A DNA stretch of 64,000 nt, taken from NCBI GenBank assembly GCA_964501905.1, contig CAZCTW010000010.1, forward strand, positions 5,046 through 69,045. Reading direction: 5' to 3'. Every line of letters starts with the position of its first letter. Position 1 is the first letter of the stretch. Shown piece after piece: positions 40,834-51,002 of this stretch. Position numbers and translations under genes: made by a program. The stretch is from an uncultured Thermofilaceae archaeon (GTDB lineage: Archaea > Thermoproteota > Thermoprotei > Thermofilales > B69-G16). Below the pieces are notes generated by a model. That model was given only the letters and a program-made list of their open reading frames with translations, did not search any database and was not told where the DNA came from.

Positions 40834-41148
40834 ATGTACTCCAAGATTAAAGAAATCATAAAAATACTCGATTCGGTTATAACGGATGAGAACTTAGACG
40901 AGAACGTGAGAAAGAACTTGTTGACGTCGAGAAAATTGTTGACTGAAATTCTCGACGAAATCCTTTGTTTAAGAGGATGTATCAGAGAAATGAGCTATAT
41001 CTTCGAGGAGACTATGGCTTTGCTGAACATGAACAACGGCAGCGAAAATCATGCTCTGAAGTTTCTTAAAGATAGTATGTATACCGAACTTGATATTAAG
41101 TGGAGAGATGAGAAAAAGATAGCAAAGATAGAAAACATCATTGGCTAG
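40834..41148 (+). CDS. Hypothetical helical protein
   Basis: ATG 40834 with GGTG RBS and TATA-like element upstream. Confidence 0.6.
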   Translation: MYSKIKEIIKILDSVITDENLDENVRKNLLTSRKLLTEILDEILCLRGCIREMSYIFEETMALLNMNNGSENHALKFLKDSMYTELDIKWRDEKKIAKIENIIG

Positions 41149-41969
41149 ATTCTTAAGATCTCCAATCTTAAAGCATTTAAAATAGGCAGTATGCTCTCTC
41201 TGTGAAATCTTTTCATGCCCTTCCAATCCAGCAAAGCGTATCTCACAGACCCTCGCGTTCTCTCTACCATTTGCGCCACCATGTCCTCATCAACGTAATC
41301 AAGAACGTACTTCGGGGCTATATGCCCAACCAGGATGCCCTTCTCTAGAGATACTTTCGTTATTTTAGGTGCATAGTGAGGGCCGCCAAAGGCTATGCAA
41401 ACATCCCCCTCCTCCTCTGCAAACGCTGCCTCCATTATTGCAGATGCTACGGCAACTCCGGCTTTTTCATTAGTCCACTCCTCTAATCCGCTACCTATCT
41501 CAACGAAGAGAGCGGCGGTTTTCTCTAGATAGGGGCCGTGATGCGTAGCCTCGTAACTGACCTCCCAATCAATTAGGTTCATTTTTTCCCGTTGCTCCAC
41601 CATTTTTTTCAACGCCAAAAACATAGCTGCGGGAGGCGCTATAGTAAGCTTCCTCGGCCGTCCACCCAACTTTACTTCCTCTGTAAAATTGCCAGGTACA
41701 TGAGTTAGTAGGGAGGGTAGCTTAGCCGCGGATTCATGACGACTCGCGAATATAAAAGTTTTAAAATCTAATTTTTCCTCTAAGAAATCCGCCTTTACAA
41801 GTTCCTCCTCAATAGTTACAAGTACTATATCCTTGAATCTGAAAATTTTATTTCCATAAACTTTTTCGGCGGCTTCCCTAAATGGATATTCAGATAGCAA
41901 TTTCTCTCTGATGTTTAAACTAGCAGGGTCCACCTTCGAGGTTATTATAGCGACTCTGCCGGAAATCAT
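41145..41969 (-). CDS. dtdA: D-aminoacyl-tRNA deacylase (DTD2)
   Basis: SRH, H.PGN, EATHHGP, FVEIGS, GGPHY, HIAPKY motifs; start ATG 41969. Confidence 0.95.
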   Translation of the reverse strand: MISGRVAIITSKVDPASLNIREKLLSEYPFREAAEKVYGNKIFRFKDIVLVTIEEELVKADFLEEKLDFKTFIFASRHESAAKLPSLLTHVPGNFTEEVKLGGRPRKLTIAPPAAMFLALKKMVEQREKMNLIDWEVSYEATHHGPYLEKTAALFVEIGSGLEEWTNEKAGVAVASAIMEAAFAEEEGDVCIAFGGPHYAPKITKVSLEKGILVGHIAPKYVLDYVDEDMVAQMVERTRGSVRYALLDWKGMKRFHRESILPILNALRLEILRI

Positions 41970-42004
41970 AGCATTTTTATACCATAATTTAGTACTTATA
42001 TTAA

Positions 42005-42069
42005 CCGCGGCCGATGATGTCGGGCCCAAGCGTGGAACCATGACGATACTACTAAATTGAGGCGCGCGG
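42005..42069 (+). ncRNA. Box C/D-like sRNA
   Basis: Terminal stem CCGCG-GCC/GGC-G-CGCGG; C AUGAUGU, D' UGGA, C' AUGACGA, D UUGA; TTTTATA about 25-30 nt upstream. Confidence 0.65.
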
Positions 42070-42074
42070 GGAGT

Positions 42075-42653
42075 GTGGTGTTGAATTTGAAAAAAAGACA
42101 GAAGAGAAATAAACCAGGAGCCAGAACTCCGCTCAGCAAAAAAGAAATAGCCAAAAGACGCTTGAAAAGCTATCAGCTTCAGTCGATCTTCGTTCTAGTG
42201 GGCGGACTAGTAATCTCGGCTTTTATACAATACCTAATAGGGGATGGACTCACCGCTGTAATAGATCCTATCTCTTGGCCAGCGTTAACAGCAATATCAG
42301 TAGCTACTTTTATGGCCATAGCCATCTATGTTAAAGCATACTCGTTCTATCTGTACGCTAGGCTCTTCGACTTGCTATCAGCAACTCAAGTCTTACCTGC
42401 TAGACCTGAAGAAGCCAGGATTGTGCCAACGGTTCAAGCCCAACCTACAGCTTTGCCAGCCGTTCCGCCAGCGCCTAAGCCTGTTAGACCACCATCAAAA
42501 CCCATCGAAACTGCTCAAGCCATACAGGAGCCAAGGGCTCCTCCGATACAGCCGGTTAGAACAGGGAAGAAGATATGTCCATATTGCGGTCGTGAACTTC
42601 CGCTCGGCGATATTCACGTATTCTGTCCCTTCTGCGGAAAGAAGCTCAGATAA
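42075..42653 (+). CDS. Two-TM protein with Pro-rich linker and C-terminal zinc ribbon
   Basis: Hydrophobic segments; CPYC...CPFC. Confidence 0.75.
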   Translation: MVLNLKKRQKRNKPGARTPLSKKEIAKRRLKSYQLQSIFVLVGGLVISAFIQYLIGDGLTAVIDPISWPALTAISVATFMAIAIYVKAYSFYLYARLFDLLSATQVLPARPEEARIVPTVQAQPTALPAVPPAPKPVRPPSKPIETAQAIQEPRAPPIQPVRTGKKICPYCGRELPLGDIHVFCPFCGKKLR

Positions 42654-42657
42654 CTCC

Positions 42658-43791
42658 CTACTCAGCAGCATTCCGGATGTAAAGAACTACTATGACTCCA
42701 AATAGAACAGAAATAACTAAAAGTACTAACAGGTTTTCCTCAATTTTCTGAATTCTTTTCAAAGTCTTTAAAATGGTTAACCTTAAGGAATTAGAGGGCA
42801 AAGTTATCGTTAGATAATCGTTAGGATCCTCGCCTATCATTTTAGCTAAGATCAATACTCTATCGGAGATGTTAACCCCAGCTCCGTCCACGTACGGTGA
42901 TTCTCCGTAATTCATTTTAACCGTCGTGTCAATAGGCACGCATGTCTCCCCTTCGCAGGCCATTGAAAAAACGTGTAGCGCCGCGTTCCTATAGCTGAGA
43001 GACAGAGATTCCGTAGATTCATTAATTAAAACTCCTTCCTCGTAGACAATAGAGAGGCACATGAAAGATGGTATCCCCTTTAGCCTCAGCAAAGCCGTCA
43101 CTAGAGCCGCCCTATCTCCGCAGGCTCCTCTTTTTTCGTATAGGGTTTTCGAGGGATATTTTATTTGAAAAGTTTCTTTATCGTAAATTATGTGTTCGTC
43201 GACCCATTTAGCTACGGCATGCACATATTCCGGTACAGAGCTAACATTTCTTCCTAAACTTTCCGATAACTCTATAACAGCCGACCACGACGAATTTTCG
43301 CCCTCACGTACCCAAAAGCCAGTAAGGTAGGTTAAGGGGGTCCCATTAAAAGAATTTGTCAACTCTCTTTTTTCTAGCATAGATAGAGTACGGAACTTTC
43401 TATTGAGAGTAAGTCCGCCTTCTGCCCAGTTGGCCGAGATAAACTGTAAAACTGTAATGTTTACAGTTTCTCCTGGCTTTAACTCATAAAGCGGAGTCTC
43501 TATGATAAAACTTCCTTTATATTCGACTATCTTACATTGATGAGTAATATCTTTATCATTGGCATAGATAGCAATTTTTTCTAGCTTCTGCCACCCAGCT
43601 ATGTTGAGCGCAACAAACTCCTTTATATTCCGACCTAAACCGACATTAACGATTTCATCCCCTTTATTCTCGAAGATGAAGACTGATCTATATTCGTATA
43701 GAGTAAGTTTGGATTCTAAAAGTATGGGTACTGTCACGAGAAGAAGGGGAATTAGCAGAAGTATGATCATTAGTATATTAATTTTGCTCAT
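42658..43791 (-). CDS. Membrane-anchored transglutaminase-like protein
   Basis: GACGD, LLR..GIP, H, and D.T catalytic pattern; TM helices at both termini. Confidence 0.85.
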   Translation of the reverse strand: MSKINILMIILLLIPLLLVTVPILLESKLTLYEYRSVFIFENKGDEIVNVGLGRNIKEFVALNIAGWQKLEKIAIYANDKDITHQCKIVEYKGSFIIETPLYELKPGETVNITVLQFISANWAEGGLTLNRKFRTLSMLEKRELTNSFNGTPLTYLTGFWVREGENSSWSAVIELSESLGRNVSSVPEYVHAVAKWVDEHIIYDKETFQIKYPSKTLYEKRGACGDRAALVTALLRLKGIPSFMCLSIVYEEGVLINESTESLSLSYRNAALHVFSMACEGETCVPIDTTVKMNYGESPYVDGAGVNISDRVLILAKMIGEDPNDYLTITLPSNSLRLTILKTLKRIQKIEENLLVLLVISVLFGVIVVLYIRNAAE

Positions 43792-43880
43792 AACTTCACC
43801 GTGGTAACGAATTTGCGCCGAGATTTAAGCCATTCTTAGCCTCTATATATTGGTTACTCTAGTAGGGATCTAAACAAGGT

Positions 43881-44261
43881 TTAGGTAGCGCCGAGCTTTA
43901 GCAAATCTTCAATACTTAACTTAAGGGCTTCCTCTACTTCTTCTCTTGTCGCTGGTGTAAGCTCGAAAAGTCTTCTAGCAAATATCTTGAGCATGTCCTC
44001 AATATTTACCTCCTCTTTTAGCCAGAGATAGGCTATGAAAGCTTCAGCTAAATCTTGGGGTGACATTAAACCTCTCCTTATGCCGGCTCGTCCGTAAACT
44101 GCTAGCCATGCTTGTTTTAAAATAGTATTTTTAACTTTTAACCCGATGGGCTTCTTGAAGAAAATAGTAAGAGAAGCTGATGCGATAAAGTTAACTATAG
44201 CATCCCCGAGTTTAGCTAAATCTTTGTTAAGACTTTCGAGGATTTGACTTCTTTTTGGCAT
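43881..44261 (-). CDS. Archaeal RNase III-like family protein
   Basis: LAKLGDAIVNF, V.N..L..A, AEAFIA motifs. Confidence 0.75.
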   Translation of the reverse strand: MPKRSQILESLNKDLAKLGDAIVNFIASASLTIFFKKPIGLKVKNTILKQAWLAVYGRAGIRRGLMSPQDLAEAFIAYLWLKEEVNIEDMLKIFARRLFELTPATREEVEEALKLSIEDLLKLGAT

Positions 44262-44544
44262 TAAGTGATTTTATGAAGTTATCTTTTATAACTGTATAGA
44301 TGGATTCTATCTGTTTGGAAGCTTCTACTAGTACTTCCCGTGGTTTAACAGATCCATCAGTCCTCACATATATTCTAGGAACGCCCACTAAGGGGTGTTC
44401 TATTTTATAAGCAGCAAATTCTACATGAGGATTTTTATTCAATATGTTTACTAGCAGATTGCAAAAAGTATGATCTTCACTAGGTAATTCGAATTCCAGC
44501 ACGTTCTCCTCTTCCTTAACAATCCTTATCTCCATGTTTTCCAC
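44227..44544 (-). CDS. rpoL: RNA polymerase subunit L (Rpo11)
   Basis: EDHT.CNLL and FAAY.IEHPL motifs. Confidence 0.95.
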   Translation of the reverse strand: MENMEIRIVKEEENVLEFELPSEDHTFCNLLVNILNKNPHVEFAAYKIEHPLVGVPRIYVRTDGSVKPREVLVEASKQIESIYTVIKDNFIKSLNAKKKSNPRKS

Positions 44545-45160
44545 ACAACTCTGCTATTTTATCAATAGCTTCTCTGTAATTTACTTTTAAAGATTTTCTT
44601 CCGGATTTTTCGTCGAGAAGTAAGACATTCATCTTGATTAACTTTTCGGTCATTAACTCTACCTCTTCCTCCTCGCAAACCGTTAAAGCTATAGCTACTA
44701 CTCGTCTGGCCATTGGAGTGTAGCCAGTAAACTTGAGTAACTTTTTATAATTCCGGGAGAAAACCTCGGTTACCTTAAGGACTGTTGCAATATCGGCGGT
44801 CGTTTCTATATACTCGCCTTTTATATAGGCTTTAAAGCCTTTAAGCAATAATATGTCTGCTATCGAATTTACTGGAATACTTGCCTCTAACTCTGCCTCG
44901 TATAATAGTCTTGTTATCGCATGCCTATAAAAGCCGTTAATACTCCTAGTTGTTGATAAAAGCCAGCTTTTATACTCTCTCCGTACCAGAGCTACCAGCG
45001 AGGCTAGGTCTTGTCTTCCTCCATGAAGAACAATCTTGACCTTTTTCCCTTTAACGATTATATCTACGTTTTCGCCGTGAAGCCTGCTCTGAATATACTC
45101 TACAAAGTTAACCGCGTCGCTCGAGTTTTCGAAAGAAAAGAGTAGGTATTTTACCGTCAT
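44516..45160 (-). CDS. Conserved hypothetical protein, DUF2067-like
   Basis: Position between csl4 and rpoL; L.LKG.KA pattern; start ATG 45160. Confidence 0.65.
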   Translation of the reverse strand: MTVKYLLFSFENSSDAVNFVEYIQSRLHGENVDIIVKGKKVKIVLHGGRQDLASLVALVRREYKSWLLSTTRSINGFYRHAITRLLYEAELEASIPVNSIADILLLKGFKAYIKGEYIETTADIATVLKVTEVFSRNYKKLLKFTGYTPMARRVVAIALTVCEEEEVELMTEKLIKMNVLLLDEKSGRKSLKVNYREAIDKIAELCGKHGDKDC

Positions 45161-45168
45161 CTGTCTCC

Positions 45169-45735
45169 CTATTTTAAGAGATAGTGAGTCATCGAAATTT
45201 TCCTCTTCGTTGTCCGTTTGCATCGAGGACAGAAGAGAGTAAAACCTCTCTTTCTTAACGGCATCATACAATAAGGACAGTTAGAGTATATAACTCCAAA
45301 CTCCCTCCCTTTGAGAGAAAGCACGTAAGGAGGTGTTTTGCCTACCAGAACTCTCGCCCTCACTATATCACCGTAGCCTAGAACATCGTATAGTACTTTG
45401 ACATAGCTCGTGCTTACATTCATAACATGAAGCGTCGCGCTGAGAGGAGGATAGAAGTATCTATCACGAGTTTCAAGATAGAAAATGTCTAGAGAAGCCG
45501 CTATGTCCTTTACCCTAGTAACTATCGCATAGACCACATCGTCTTTCTTGGGTAGCGGTAAAGGCTTTAAAGGACTAATATCTGCCGTTCTCTCCTCAAG
45601 ATCATACCTAACTAAGCCTACAACCTTCGATAACACTCTACCATCAACAGTATATGTATTGCTTTTGCCCATGAATTCCTCTATGACCGCGATTTCATCG
45701 CCCGGTAATACTAGCCTTTTCTTCATGCGCTCCAT
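45169..45735 (-). CDS. csl4: Exosome RNA-binding subunit Csl4
   Basis: VLPGD...IEEF, S1 domain GDIVRARV, zinc ribbon ending RKIS. Confidence 0.93.
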   Translation of the reverse strand: MERMKKRLVLPGDEIAVIEEFMGKSNTYTVDGRVLSKVVGLVRYDLEERTADISPLKPLPLPKKDDVVYAIVTRVKDIAASLDIFYLETRDRYFYPPLSATLHVMNVSTSYVKVLYDVLGYGDIVRARVLVGKTPPYVLSLKGREFGVIYSNCPYCMMPLRKRGFTLFCPRCKRTTKRKISMTHYLLK

Positions 45736-45980
45736 AATTTCAACTCTTTTGATATACCTCCTCAACTATTAATATGTTAGTGGAAGTATCTGAAGACCTC
45801 TAAACTTAGCTTTATTCTCACCTTAATAATCAAATCGCACTTACCATCTCAAAGCCAATCCTATTCATTAACACTCTCCTAGCTACGTTTCACGGAATAA
45901 ACAAAACATAATCCTTCAATTACGAGAGCAGTAAGATAAAACCTCTATCCAAAATGGAGCCGAATTTGATGGAGAGAAGA

Positions 45981-46637
45981 CTAACGTTGATAGAGAGAGC
46001 CCAATTCTGCAAGGGAGCGTGTCGATTGAGCTCTCACTACAAAAACTTTCACTAAATGCCATCTTTCCCTATGCTCTGGATATAACGGCGGTAGTGGAAT
46101 AACGTCATAGAATAAAACCTTAAAGTCTACCTCTAATTCCCTTAAGCGTTTCACTACATACTCCATGGTCTCGAGTTTATGAATAGAATATACTACACTA
46201 GCAGACCTTATGGCACTTCTTAAAAAAAGCATGTCGCTTCCGGGTTTATACACGCCGAAAGGAGGATTTTGAACTACGGTATCCGCTTTTCGCCTCAGAT
46301 TTAAACGTTCTACATTTATGCATAGAAAATCCACATTGCTTAATTCCAGAGTTCTAGCATAAGCCTTAGCGTATTTGAGTATCTCGAAATCCATATCTAC
46401 GCCTATTACGTATTCAGCTCCTAGTAGAGCCGCGCCTATAGCCAGTACACCGCTACCTGTGCCCAGATCTAGAACAACCTTATTTGAAATATCGTCATAA
46501 GTGGTATGGGCTATCCATAGAATTCTGGCAGCGAGAGGACTTGAAATAGGGTATTGCTCAAGTTCTTTTTTAAGGTTCTTGGGCAACCGTATTCTACTTA
46601 ATATTATTTCCAATTTCCGCTTTGTTATCCCTTTCAA
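45981..46637 (-). CDS. METTL5-like N6-adenine RNA methyltransferase
   Basis: LEQY, DLGTGSG, NPPFG, VYSIH motifs. Confidence 0.9.
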   Translation of the reverse strand: MKGITKRKLEIILSRIRLPKNLKKELEQYPISSPLAARILWIAHTTYDDISNKVVLDLGTGSGVLAIGAALLGAEYVIGVDMDFEILKYAKAYARTLELSNVDFLCINVERLNLRRKADTVVQNPPFGVYKPGSDMLFLRSAIRSASVVYSIHKLETMEYVVKRLRELEVDFKVLFYDVIPLPPLYPEHRERWHLVKVFVVRAQSTRSLAELGSLYQR

Positions 46638-47854
46638 ATCTTAAACCTCAGTATAGCGGCTACACCGCCGAAGGATTTAAGCAATTCCTTTCCCTCGCTG
46701 GTTTCCGCGGAGATTAACTCTACATTCGTACCTACCGACTCTGCTATCTCCATTAAATTCTCAATCAGCGGTCGTGAATCCTCGACGATCATCTGGCCGC
46801 CGCATTTAGGGCAGCGTAGAGCTTTAATATCTCCTCTAAACGTTTTTTCTTCGCTATAGCCACACTTCTCACATCTTAATACCGCTCTAACGGCGTCTAA
46901 TTTCTCAGAGATAAGTAAGGTATCGACCGCGCCCATGAGAAGGCATCTCCTAACTTCCTCATCTCCATAGACGGCTAGCCCTGTATCCCTAGCCAAATGA
47001 TATAGAAACTTGTTTACTAATTGCCGCTCTCTTATGTAACTGACATCTTCCAGTAGGTCTGCCGCCCGGTTCGCCAGTTCGTAGATTCCGGCTTCTCCGC
47101 TGTATCCAACATCGAATACTCCTAGGATTTTCTGCTTAAGTTCATAGTGGAGATAATCACCGTCTACAAACTCTTCCTTTGCGGGTCCTGGGCCTCCGAT
47201 AATTATCCCTTTAAGGTCTTTGATAGGCAGAAATATTCTGTTGGCGTGTTCTCCTATCCTTTTATAAAATTCGTGAACTAGCTGCTCGTGGAGCCTCTCG
47301 AAACGTCTCGCAGATTGACCTCCCGCTCTATGCTTACCTGGGATTCCAGAGGTTATTTCCTCCACTACCTCCAGAAACTTTCCTTTTAAAATTCCAAAAG
47401 CGGCTTCCCCTCTGTCTAAGACTATCAGCCCATAAGTTTCTTTTACAGCGATCATCTCCTCTAGTATCTCTGTGTGAAAACGAGAGTCACATCTATAGAG
47501 CCAAGTTTTCAATTTTTGAGGAGGCTCTAGCACATAAATCTCCATTTTCTCGTCGCCCGGGACATCGCTCGCAACGTAGCCAGCAAAAATTACTAGGCCA
47601 TTGGGGGGAGTTTTCTTGAACAATTTTAACCTTTGCATAATCGATGTGAGCGCTTCTAGCACATGGTGTCTCGTGGTTCTGTCCTTTATGTTAGTAGCCG
47701 TTGAATACTCCTCCCTGAGGACGCTCATCACATCTCCTATAGGCCTGCCAGATGGTATATAGAGTGAGATAAGCTCGGTGCCTCTACCTCTTTTCGACTT
47801 AAGCTCTTTGATTAGCCTCTCTGTCCTGTATTTTTCTAGCTTACTTTTTTCCAT
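46634..47854 (-). CDS. prf1: Peptide chain release factor aRF1
   Basis: GTELISL, NIKD, YRCDS.F, GGQS motifs; zinc minidomain. Confidence 0.97.
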   Translation of the reverse strand: MEKSKLEKYRTERLIKELKSKRGRGTELISLYIPSGRPIGDVMSVLREEYSTATNIKDRTTRHHVLEALTSIMQRLKLFKKTPPNGLVIFAGYVASDVPGDEKMEIYVLEPPQKLKTWLYRCDSRFHTEILEEMIAVKETYGLIVLDRGEAAFGILKGKFLEVVEEITSGIPGKHRAGGQSARRFERLHEQLVHEFYKRIGEHANRIFLPIKDLKGIIIGGPGPAKEEFVDGDYLHYELKQKILGVFDVGYSGEAGIYELANRAADLLEDVSYIRERQLVNKFLYHLARDTGLAVYGDEEVRRCLLMGAVDTLLISEKLDAVRAVLRCEKCGYSEEKTFRGDIKALRCPKCGGQMIVEDSRPLIENLMEIAESVGTNVELISAETSEGKELLKSFGGVAAILRFKI

Positions 47855-48138
47855 TTTATATACACCGCGCTCCAAATCTGACAGGATTTAACGTTTACTC
47901 CTGAATTTACGACTTAAAGGTTGTTAAGTCTGTTACTTGAATAGACTCTTGCTAATTAAACTTTTTTGGTTCTCCGTTTATGCTCTGAGTAATAAGCTAC
48001 ATAGTAATGGCAACAGGCGTATACGAGTCTAACTTTAAAGGGGCAATACTCTCGTCTCTAGAGGTCTTATTAGAGCCCTATTCACTTCGTCGCGAGTAAA
48101 GTTCATATAACGTCTAGGCATTTTAATCCGAGGGTTCA

Positions 48139-48819
48139 ATGAGAATTGTTATTAAGCTTGGCGGACACCTGATCTCTACTAATGCCGCTATAATAGATCT
48201 GGGCTATATAGAAAAATTGACGTCAGTTCTCAGAAAAGTAAAAGAGAAACACGAAGTGATCGTGGTTACAGGAGGAGGGGCTGTTTCTAGAGCTTATATC
48301 GACGCGCTTCGCAGAACAAATGTAAATGAAGCCCTTTGCGACCTCATGGGCATTAGAGTTTCTAGGACTAATGCTTTACTATTGTCATTCATGCTGAAGG
48401 ACTTAGCTAAAGCGGTAGAAAATATAGAAGAGTTATTAAAGACCGATCTTTCACGAAAAATAGTAGTAATGGGAGGTTTACAGCCCGGTCAATCCACAAC
48501 CACTACGGCGGCGGTAGTAGCCGAGGCTTTAGGCGCAGACCTCTTGATAATAGCGACCAACGTCGACGGGATATATACAAGCGACCCACGTAGAGACCCA
48601 GCCGCCAAGAAAATAGATGAGATCACCATCAAAAAGCTCAAAGAAATTTTCTGGAATACAGAAATAAAAGCCGGTACGTACCCTCTAATCGATTATCTGA
48701 CGATCCGCATTTTAGAACGATCAAAAATACCAACCGTAGTTCTCAACGGCAAGCCTCCAACAAACATCATTAAAGCAATTAACGGCGAAAAGATAGGGAC
48801 GAGGATAAGGGTAAAGTAA
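48139..48819 (+). CDS. pyrH: UMP kinase
   Basis: KLGG, GGG...R.YI, PGQST, NVDGIY..DP motifs. Confidence 0.93.
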   Translation: MRIVIKLGGHLISTNAAIIDLGYIEKLTSVLRKVKEKHEVIVVTGGGAVSRAYIDALRRTNVNEALCDLMGIRVSRTNALLLSFMLKDLAKAVENIEELLKTDLSRKIVVMGGLQPGQSTTTTAAVVAEALGADLLIIATNVDGIYTSDPRRDPAAKKIDEITIKKLKEIFWNTEIKAGTYPLIDYLTIRILERSKIPTVVLNGKPPTNIIKAINGEKIGTRIRVK

Positions 48820-48853
48820 AGAATTTATAGCGTGGTTGAGAGTATTTCTCGGC

Positions 48854-48953
48854 GCGGGGGTGCCCGAGCTAGGTCAAAGGGGGCGGACTCAGGATCTTAG
48901 GATGGGAACTCCGCTGGGGAAGCCCTGCCCGGGTTCGAATCCCGGCCCCCGCA
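48854..48953 (+). tRNA. tRNA-Leu(CAG), 15-nt intron at 37/38 (48894-48908)
   Basis: Cloverleaf with long variable arm; BHB helix CUCA/UGGG. Confidence 0.95.
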
Positions 48954-48975
48954 TCTAAAAAACCTCTTCGCGATT

Positions 48976-49746
48976 ATGGAGACGGATGCTTTAAGAACAT
49001 TAAAAGAAAAGATGAGAATCCTAGGTTTTACTGATAGTGAGGTTAAGGCATATCTAACGCTGATAGCCTACGGTGGGCTATCCGCTCCCGAGCTTAGCGA
49101 GAGGACAGGCATACCTATGACCAAAATCTACTCAGTTTTAAAAAAACTGAGAGAAAAACACTGGGTAACTTCTAGCAATACGCGTCCCACGATCTTCTAT
49201 CCAACTCCTCCCGTGGAGGCTTGGAGCCATACGAAGAAAAAGCTTTTAACAGAAATCGAGCTGATCGAGGATCTATTCACGAAGGAACTACAGGGCATCT
49301 ACAACGCCACTAAGGGCGGGGCCGGAGTGGTTTTAAGCACTCTCTATATGGTTTACGGGCTTGAAAGCATAGTTAACAGCATTGTCGACCTACTCGAGAA
49401 GAAGTGTGGAGGATACGTCATGATAGCTCTTCCGTTTAAGAAAATAGTTGAGGATGGACGTTTGGTCGAGAAAATAAAGTGGCTCTCCAATAGTTTTGAA
49501 ATAAAATTCCTCACAAGCAAGGAGTTAAAGGACATCGTCCTAAGTAAATTTAAAAATTCTAAGATGAAGGTCAGGGTTAGGGATAAACTCTTCGGAGGAG
49601 GAGTAATCTGCGATGAAGTAATGTTCATAGTTGAGAATAAAGGACTCTACGTAGGTTTGAGATCTGATATGGACTTCTTCGTTAGCTTGGCTAGAATATA
49701 CTTTGAATATCTTTGGAAAGATGGGGAAATCCTGTTGTTAACTTAG
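48976..49746 (+). CDS. TrmB-family transcriptional regulator
   Basis: LG.T..E.KAY..L, IP..KIY.VL, RP..F.P.PP motifs. Confidence 0.9.
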   Translation: METDALRTLKEKMRILGFTDSEVKAYLTLIAYGGLSAPELSERTGIPMTKIYSVLKKLREKHWVTSSNTRPTIFYPTPPVEAWSHTKKKLLTEIELIEDLFTKELQGIYNATKGGAGVVLSTLYMVYGLESIVNSIVDLLEKKCGGYVMIALPFKKIVEDGRLVEKIKWLSNSFEIKFLTSKELKDIVLSKFKNSKMKVRVRDKLFGGGVICDEVMFIVENKGLYVGLRSDMDFFVSLARIYFEYLWKDGEILLLT

Positions 49747-50928
49747 CAGATCCGAATATGTTAAAATTGTCATCTTCTCCGGTATTCTAGTAGCATCTCC
49801 TATCCGCGCGCCTATTAGTATCCTTACCCCTTTAGAGTAAGCCGCATCTACTATCCGCTGCGTCACTATACCGTCAAAGACTATGGCATAGGCAGATTCT
49901 ATTTCTTCTTTAAGAGTATTAAGCAAGTCCCTAACGGGTACTTCCTTAATCATATTCCATTCTTTATCGTATATTTGCGCCAGTAACGTACCCTTTAAGA
50001 CCTCTATATTAGCGACAACGCTATCGGGCAACTCGATCTCAAAAGCCTTCTCCTCTATTTTCTCGCTAATTTTAGCCTTTTCGACAGGTACTTTCTCTTT
50101 AGTTAAACTTTCCAAATATTCCTCAACCGGCAATTTATTCCTTAAACACTTCACTATTTCCTTCCCAGAAAGTTCTTCTACTTCTCGGCCCGGCGGTGCT
50201 CTAGCTATATAGTCGATATCTGCCGCTGAGGTGAGGTTTCTAAGTATCAGTTCTCCTCCCCTATCTCCGTCTACAAAAGCTATTACAGTTTTCTTCTTGC
50301 TGAGCTCCACTATCGTCTTCGGTATCGTAGCTCCACCCACGGCTATAACATTCTTATATCCGTGCTTCAGCAAGTTGATAACGTCTGCTCGTCCCTCTAC
50401 CACTATTATCGTATCAGCTCTGCCCACGTCTGGTCCTGCCGGGAGATTATCAGGGCCGTATTTTATAACCTCGGCTTCTCTAACTGCCTTTAAAACCTCC
50501 TCCGTCAGCTCTTTAGTTTCAGGCATTTCCTCCTCCACCCATTTCCTCAAAATTTCCTTAGCTCTCTCAATGATTCTCTTTCTCTTTTCAGCTCTTACAT
50601 CTTCTATTTTAAAGACTCTAACCTTAGCAGAGTATGGACCTACCTTATCAACTATCTCGATAGCTGCTGCTATGAGAGCTGTTTCAGCCCTATCAAGGTT
50701 AGATGGTATAGTTATAGTTCCATAGCTCTTCCCTCCCTTATTCTCTACTCTCACATCTATCCTCCCTATTCTACCGCTCTTCCTCAGCTCTCTTAAGTCC
50801 AAATCTTCGCCGAGGATGCTCTCGGTTTGACCAAATATAGCGCCTATTATATCCGGTTTCTCAACTATACCGTCCACTTCTATGGACGCGTATATTAGGT
50901 ACTTAGCGTTCACAGGAGGACCTCCCAT
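49738..50928 (-). CDS. dnaG: Archaeal DnaG (TOPRIM, exosome-associated)
   Basis: GAIFGQTE, VEGRADV, DGDRGG, DGIVTQR motifs. Confidence 0.96.
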   Translation of the reverse strand: MGGPPVNAKYLIYASIEVDGIVEKPDIIGAIFGQTESILGEDLDLRELRKSGRIGRIDVRVENKGGKSYGTITIPSNLDRAETALIAAAIEIVDKVGPYSAKVRVFKIEDVRAEKRKRIIERAKEILRKWVEEEMPETKELTEEVLKAVREAEVIKYGPDNLPAGPDVGRADTIIVVEGRADVINLLKHGYKNVIAVGGATIPKTIVELSKKKTVIAFVDGDRGGELILRNLTSAADIDYIARAPPGREVEELSGKEIVKCLRNKLPVEEYLESLTKEKVPVEKAKISEKIEEKAFEIELPDSVVANIEVLKGTLLAQIYDKEWNMIKEVPVRDLLNTLKEEIESAYAIVFDGIVTQRIVDAAYSKGVRILIGARIGDATRIPEKMTILTYSDLLS

Positions 50929-51002
50929 TTTAACACCACTTAACCTCACACTTATAGTCCTTTATCCAAACGCATGAACGTTATAAAAAGATGATTATCA
51001 GC

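Noticed and set aside
41970-42074. N-terminal extensions of dtdA and the zinc-ribbon ORF given in the ORF track
   Set aside because: They overlap the promoter and C/D-like sRNA; downstream starts fit better
45770-45980. 210-bp intergenic gap as an ncRNA or small gene
   Set aside because: No stable structure, box motifs or intact ORF recognised
50231-50725. Long antisense ORFs (also 15303-15878, 53782-54249, 57260-57694 and others)
   Set aside because: Shadow frames of well-supported genes on the opposite strand
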